A stretch of 63,849 nt of DNA, the filler included, from Thelocarpon superellum (Eukaryota), in assembly GCA_026025795.1 (NCBI GenBank). It is 6 parts of 6 records of this genome, joined end to end, with 100 filler letters (N's around TTAATTAATTAA, not from the genome) between each part and the next. Parts side by side here need not be neighbours in the genome. Positions count along the whole stretch, not along the records: positions 57,454 to 63,849 come from JAPEUG010000675.1; 5 more parts are not named here. One strand, given 5' to 3'. Numbering within the stretch: the stretch's first letter is position 1; each line of letters begins with the position of its first letter. Both the position numbers and the translations under genes were made by a program. Below the pieces are notes generated by a model that saw only the letters and a list, made by a program, of their open reading frames with translations, did not search any database and was not told the origin of the DNA. Shown in pieces: positions 57,454-63,849 of this stretch.

Positions 57454-60400
57454 CGGCGCCCCCCTGCTCGGCCGCGACGATACGCTCGTACATGCCCTTG
57501 AGCTGGGCGCCGGGGGTGCCCTGGTTAGGCCAGTACCGACCGACAAAATCCCTGTCACACCCGCACGCGTCAGCCTTGCCCTCCTCCGCGACCAGGAAAG
57601 CGACCCCTAGCGACACCTACCAGAGTCTCCCCCCCAGGGCCACGTTGTCCTTCCCCCCCTCCTTCTCGTTCCACAACGTGCCCACGTGGTCCCCGATCTT
57701 CAGGATCTCCACGCGGAGGATCTTGGCCCGCGCCGGCTTGTCCTTGACCAGCTCCTTGGTCGCGCCCTGGACCCGCTTGAGGCTGGGTCGGACCGGCTTG
57801 AAGAGGTTGCGGAGGACCGACTCCGCATCGTCCGCCGTGCCGTTCTCACGGCGGTGATGCGAGTGCCCGTGCTCCTCCGACTTGCGTCGCTTGCGACGCT
57901 CCTCCTCCTCCTCGTCCCCGTGCTTGCGCTTGGGGTCCCGGGGCTCGCTGGGCCCGCCATGCCCGCTTCCATGGCTCCCGCGCCGATCCGCCCCGGCCCC
58001 GTGCTCGCCGTGGCTCAGCGTCCGGTGTCGCGCCCCCTTCTCCCCCTCGCGCGACCCCTTCTTCGCCAGCGGTGGCGCCAGCCCACCCGCGCTCGTCGTC
58101 CCGTTCTTCTTCCCGCCGTGGCGTGCGTGGGGCTCCCCGGCCCGACGCGCCGCCGCCCCCGGCGTCGTCCCGCCGTGCGACGTCTTCTCCTTGAGCACCG
58201 CCAGGAGATAGTCGGCCCGGCGCACCAGGTGCACCGCCCCTGGGGACTTGGCATTCTTGTCCTCGCCCTTGCCCCGCTCCTCCTTCTTGTCGACGCGGTG
58301 CTCCTCGAGGAAGAGTCTGTCGGTCAGGCCGAGCGTCGGGTCGTCGCGGATCGGCGCCCACGCCCCGTAGCCGTGCCGGTGGATACCCAGCAGGAGCATG
58401 CCATCCTCGCGCGCGCCCCACGGGCACGAGTAGTTGGCCGCCTTGGAGGCCTCGGGGATGCGGAAGTTCTTCGCCTCCGGCACCGCCGCGATGGCGTCAC
58501 GCACCATGCGCATCTCCACCGGTCGCTCCACGATCGTCTCGGCGTTGAGTCGCTTGACGCCGTGGTAGTCGAACAGGATCGCTTTCTTGTCCTTCTTCGT
58601 GAGCACCTTTTGCGCCTCGCGTTCGAGCGCCTCGATCCGTGCCTGTTCCTCCCGCAGCAGCCGCTCGCTCGCGCGCGTGATCTCGCGCAGCGTGTCGTGG
58701 AGGAGATCCGCGTCGCGCCCGACCAGGTGTGCGTCCTGCACCAGTTCCGTCCAGCGCTCCGGCAACGCGCCGTAGCGGAGATAGGCCCGCACCAGGTTGC
58801 GCAGCTCCTTCTCGCTCAACGGTCGCTTGGGATCGGCGTCCGCGGCGTCCGACGACGTCTCGCGTGTCTCGGCGGCGAGGTCACGCGCCCGCTTCTTGGC
58901 CGCCCGCTCCTCGCGCTCGTCCTTGGCCGTCTTGCGCTGCCGTGGCGCGTTCTGCTCGATGACCTGCTCTAGGTAGGCCGCGTCCGCCTGCCGTCTCTCT
59001 TCCGCCTTGATCGTCGCCAGCTCGTCCTGCGGGATGATCTCATCCCACGACAGGTCCACCTTGACGTCCGTGTACTCAAACGTCTTGAGGAAGTCCTCCC
59101 CGCCCGTCGCCACGATCCCCGACGGATCCTCCGTCCGGTGCTCCTCGGCGTTCTGCAGCACCGCGTCGATGTCCAGCTCCTCGAGCTTCCGCTGGTTCCC
59201 CGACTGCTCAAACATCTTCTGCCCCCGCCGCTTGAGGATGCGATCGATGTCCTCGGACGAGGTCGGCTCGCTGATGCCGCGTCCGGCGTGGATCACCCGA
59301 TCCGTGATCTCCTTGGCCGTCTTGTCCGTCACCCCGCGCTGGATCGTGATGAACTCGAGCATCAGCTTGTTGCGAGCCCGCTCCAGCACCTCCTCCTCCA
59401 CCGTGTCCTTGGACACGAGCCGGTAGATGGTCACCGGGTTCTTCTGCCCGATGCGGTGGGCGCGCGCCATGGCTTGCAGGTCGGCCTGCGGGTTCCAGTC
59501 CGAGTCGAAGAGGATCACCGTGTCGGCCGTCATAAGGTTGATGCCGAGTCCGCCGGCGCGCGTCGACAGCAGGAAGCAGAAGTCGTGGCTGTCGGGCGCG
59601 TTGAAGTGGTCGATGGCCATGCGTCGCTGGCCTGCGGCGATGGTGCCGTCGAGCCGCTGAAACTGGTAGCCGCGCAGGTGCAGGTAGTCGCCGAGGATGT
59701 CGAGCATCTTGACCATCTGGCTGAAGATGAGCACGCGGTGTCCGTCCTTCTTCAGCTTGTTCAACAGCTGGTTGAGGAGCATCATCTTGCCACTGCTGCT
59801 GATCAGGCCCTTGAGGATGTCTTCGCGCCGGTCGCTGCCGTTGAGGACGCGCGCCTCGGCGTTGGCAAACATGAAGGCATGGTTGCTGGCCTTCTTCAGC
59901 TCCATCATGATGTTGAGCAGCGACTGCTTCTGGCCCTTGCTCCCCTGGTTCAGCGCGGCGTAGTTGCGCGTCAGGATGTTCTTGTAGTACTCGAGCTGGA
60001 TGTCGGCCAGCTCGACGCGGATGATCTTCTCGCTCTTGGGCGGCAGGTCGTTCTCCACCTTCTGCTTTGTTCGCCGCAGCATGAAGGGCTGGATCTCCTG
60101 CGTCAACTTGTCCAGCTTCTCACCCGCCGCCTCCGACGAGAGGTCCATGTCGTCGTCCACCTCGACTGCGCCAGGCATGATGAACTCCATCAGCGACGAG
60201 AGCTCACCGAGCGTATTTTGCATCGGCGTGCCCGTGATGAGCAGCCGGCTGGGCGTCTTGAACTCGAGCAGCTTCTGGTAGAGCTGCGACACCCGGTTCT
60301 TGAGTCGATGCGCCTCGTCCACGGCCATGAATTGCCACTTGAGCTGCATGAGATAGGGGCTGTCTGCCAGCACGTACTCGTATGTGGTGAGGAGCACGTT

Positions 60401-62381
60401 GAACTTGGTGCGCTTGGGATTGCCGTCGGCGAGCAGCTCATACTCCTTGATGATGTTGCGCGACGCCTCGTTGCCGTTGTATACCACGTAGTTGATGTCG
60501 GGCGTCCACAGATCGAAAGTCTCGGCCCACGCGGGCATGGTCGACAGCGGCACGACGACCAGGAAGGGCCCCTCCTGGTGGCGATCGTGGCGCAACCAAT
60601 TCAGAAAGGCGACCGTCTGCACCGTCTTGCCTAGGCCCATCTCGTCCGCCAGCACGACGTTGTTCCCACGGCACCAGTTGTAGGCTAGGAAGTTGACCCC
60701 CGTGACCTGAAAGTCGCGCAGCTGCCCGTGCTTGATGTACCCCGGCTGTTCACGGATGGTGACGAACTTACGGCGCGTGGCCGGATTGGCCTCGATCTTG
60801 CTCGACACGGGCAGGCGGGAGGTGCGGTCGAGGAAGCGGTCAATCTCGGCCTGAGCCAGTTCGCTGACGAGCGCGGCACTTTCCCACGTGCACGAGTCGT
60901 AGTAGAGCCCCTTCCACTTGACGTAGTACTCCGTGTCTTCATCGCCCTCGCGCGTGCTGATGATGCGCTCGACCTTCATGTAGTCATTGATTGCATCGCT
61001 GTCGCGTTCGCGGTCGAGATTCCACTTCTCCTTCTCCTCGGGCGGAATCTCGTCGTCCTTCATCATGTGGATGTCTTCCAGCACCGTCTTGCGGAAGTAG
61101 TTCTCCAGCCTACGGGTGCCACGCATGCCCGTGAGAGAGGCCGTGGTCTCCCAGGTCGCGTGGTAGTGCGCCTTGCCTTGCCATTTGACCTACCGGAGGG
61201 TGTCAGCGGGCGGATGGACGCGATGGTCACGCGTGAGAGGGGGAGGGGCACGCGTACGAAGAACTCAAAATCATCCCGGCTAGGTCGACGGCCGTTCAGC
61301 TCGCGCTCTTGATCCTTCTTGAGCCGGTGACGGAGGATGGCGTCGATGGCCGGCAGGTTTTCGTCGGCGCCGGCGGCCCAATAGTTGGGCGTCACGGTCT
61401 CAGGGTCTTCTTCGCCGAAGACATCTTCGTCCTCTTCGTTGTAGTTGGTCGGCTTAGCCGCACGGCGCGTGGAGAAGCGAACTTCGAGATGCTGGGGTTC
61501 AAGGCTGTCGGCCGCAACGACAGCACGACGTTTCTGTCTCTTACCACGGTGAGACGGCCGGGCGTAATCGTCGCTGTCGGAGACGGATGGGGAGGTGTGC
61601 ACCACCGGCGTCGCACGCTTGGATGCTACAAAGCAATCAGTCATCTCTGCGCACATGTATCTCCGGGGCTCCAGGATCCCGGAGCAGTCGATACGTACTC
61701 TTCGCGGAAGGGACCAGCTTGCGCTTCTTGCGGGATCGACCGCTCTCAGCATCGGAGCCGGAGCCATGTTCATTCTCATCGCTGCTCTCCACCTAGTAGC
61801 AATCCTTGCGTCAGTCTCCATTGTGATCAGAGCGGCAACAGGGACGACTCACGATGCGACGGGTGGGACGAGCACGACCCTGGATGCACACGGTCAGCGA
61901 GGGAGGCATTGGGGTGCGGCGGGCTTGGCCAGGCCCGCAGAAGCGGACGTACACTTCGACGAAGGCCATAGAGCTCGGGATTATTCATGATGAACTCATC
62001 TTCGTCGAGTCCGGACTTGCGTTTGGTCGATGGTCTCGAGTCGTGCGAGCTCGAACGGTCATCGCCGGCGCCATCGGTCTGGGGCAGGGTGGGCGAGGCC
62101 AGGTCATAGTCGGCATCTTCCGTGCTGGCTCTCACATCATTTCCCGAGGTTTCGGGGGAGTCAAATTCCATGGACACGTCTCCAGCCGTGTCGTAGGGTC
62201 GGGAAATAGAGGAGGGAGGGGAGGTGTCCGCCTTGGGCGGCGCTAACAAGTCCGACAAGCCGCTATGCTCGCTCTCCGAGACGGCGTGATCGGCAGTCGT
62301 GACATTGGCGGCAAGCGGCGACAGGTGGCCGTTGGTGAGCGGTAAGGAGGGATCTGGATTGCGGGTCGAGGCCATGACCAT
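57454..62381 (-). CDS. CHD1: Chromodomain-helicase Chd1/Hrp3; 6 exons (about 62381-61953, 61879-61853, 61792-61699, 61625-61258, 61189-57621, 57551-contig end); start uncertain, 3' end truncated
   Basis: NPELYGLRRS|GRAR motif, two chromodomains (VKWQGKAHYHATWE; YYVKWKGLYYDSCTWE), SNF2 ATPase ([39 protein letters not shown]), SANT/SLIDE (WGAREDGMLLLGIHRHGYGAW; HLVRRADYLL) and a C-terminal DUF4208-like W|DFVGRYWP. Confidence 0.94.
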
Positions 62382-63849
62382 GCTGCCCGCTGCGCGGCCG
62401 ACGACGTTAGCATTCATCACATTACGAGGAGAGTTCGAGGTGCTTGGGCGCATAGCATGCGGGGTGAAGGAGGCCCTGCGACTCCGATGCCCGCATACCG
62501 ACCATCATCTGGGCCACGCGCGGCGAAGGACACATGAGGGGGGATGAAGGAGATGATGGAGGACGATGAGGGTGATGACGATGCGTGAGCACGGTCGGGA
62601 CGCAATGGCGGTGCCACGGTTTACCACCGGCATGCCTGGCTCATCCCCGACCCTGAGAAGATCATGAAGCAGGTAGCCAGGCCGACATCGAGGTGATCCA
62701 GTGGGGAGCTATCACCTCGAGCCTGATCGGGACAGAAGTGACGGACGGCAGGGCGCCAACAGAAGCTCGGCCGTGACGACCGTACAGCGATGAGCAGCAC
62801 CAACAAGAGAGGGCAAGACTCACAAGACATGGCGGTGATGCCGCTCAGGCAGCTGGGGAGGTAGGGCGGTAGTCAATCAGCAGCAGTGGTGGTGGTCGTT
62901 GGTGGAGGGGAAAAAGTGGTGGTGAGGGAAAGTGGTGGGATGAAGTTCCGTCAGGCCGTGGTGTATGCTTCTAGTACTCGTCTGGTAGAAGGTCAATGGG
63001 CTGGGGGAATGACCACTGGTCCCGCAGGTCCAGCGAGGCGCCATTGTTGCGGAAGTATCCGAAGGCTGTAGCGAGGAGTGAAGGTACAAGTACGGGGCAC
63101 CCGGCCGGTGAATTCGGCTACTCCCTGGCTCCCTCCCTTTACCTAGACGTGGTCCGGCTGCGGCTGCACACCAGCACTGACCCAACCGAAGCAACCAGGG
63201 CGCTGATTGGCTACGCTCCGACCCTCATCGTCGACGCTTTGGGCGAGCATTCCCTTCCGGTCGTCTCCGCCCGGAGCACCCTGTTGGGCCTCAGGCGACA
63301 TGGTGATGGTGCTGTCGTGCTTCACCACACTCGGAGGCGGAAGCGACTCCAGGCGCTCCCTGGCTTCCGTGCACCGCACTTCCTGTTCGAAGTAGTGCTT
63401 CACCATACCTCAGCGGTACCTCCGCGCCTCTTTTCTCTGTAGGTCCCCCGGGTTCTGGACTCGGATCATCCGATGGCTTTACCGCGGTATCCTTTTTGCC
63501 GGAATACACATCACCCCACGTCTCCCACTCTTCTGCTACTTGTGAAGGTGTGCCCACCTCTTTTTCCTGTCGACGTGACCTGTCTCAACCGTTGAGCCAG
63601 CGCGAATGAAGGTACCGATGCATGTGCGTCAGAAGCTCTGCAGGCGATGCGTGACCAATATCCGTCTGGCCTCATCCTTGGCTCCAAGGAATCCTCTGGG
63701 CCATGCGCGTCTTCTGTACCGGGGGCTCATGCAGTGCAAGCATGAGGTCTGAAGTCAAAAGGTCTCATTCGACTTGGTTGATCACTGCTATTGGGAGACC
63801 ACACGATCATCGTCGCAGCGACTCTGGGTCACTGCTGATCCAAGCTCCT

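Noticed and set aside
27723..62381. Apparent chromatin-regulator cluster (SGF11, ISWI, CHD1)
   Set aside because: The genes lie on three different contigs joined artificially.
63143..63849. Short minus-strand ORFs at the window end
   Set aside because: Frames are discontinuous, there is no plausible intron joining them, and no domain was recognised.

Overview
Eukaryotic, GC-rich filamentous-ascomycete (Pezizomycotina-like) genomic DNA with short GT-AG introns (about 46-103 nt, CTGAC/CTAAC branch points). The window is not one locus. Five identical 100-bp pads (N44-TTAATTAATTAA-N44) join six contigs of descending length (>=11407, 11407, 11394, 11375, 11370, then a truncated one), so adjacency across pads means nothing. 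Housekeeping genes recognised: TSC2, CSE1, LEU4, a PTS1-bearing acyl-CoA thioesterase, a small HSP, a ferric reductase, RQT4/ASC-1-like, SGF11, an NAA50-like GNAT, glucokinase, AP-3 mu, DUF4536, a HAPSTR1/YJR056C-like protein, an ISWI remodeller, ALG13, RSM24, a DHA1 MFS transporter and CHD1. The most interesting items are: a divergent 14-Cys KP4 killer-toxin-like secreted protein; a second orphan Cys-repeat secreted protein on the other side of LEU4; an uncharacterised protein with a PARP-type-like zinc finger and an acidic activator-like N-terminus; a perfect 46-bp-arm hairpin in a TpA-rich, possibly RIP-affected region; and clear Gcn4/CpcA and step-type HSE promoter elements. All family assignments come from motifs recognised by eye; no database searches were run. 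No tRNA, rRNA, CRISPR array or intact transposon was found.
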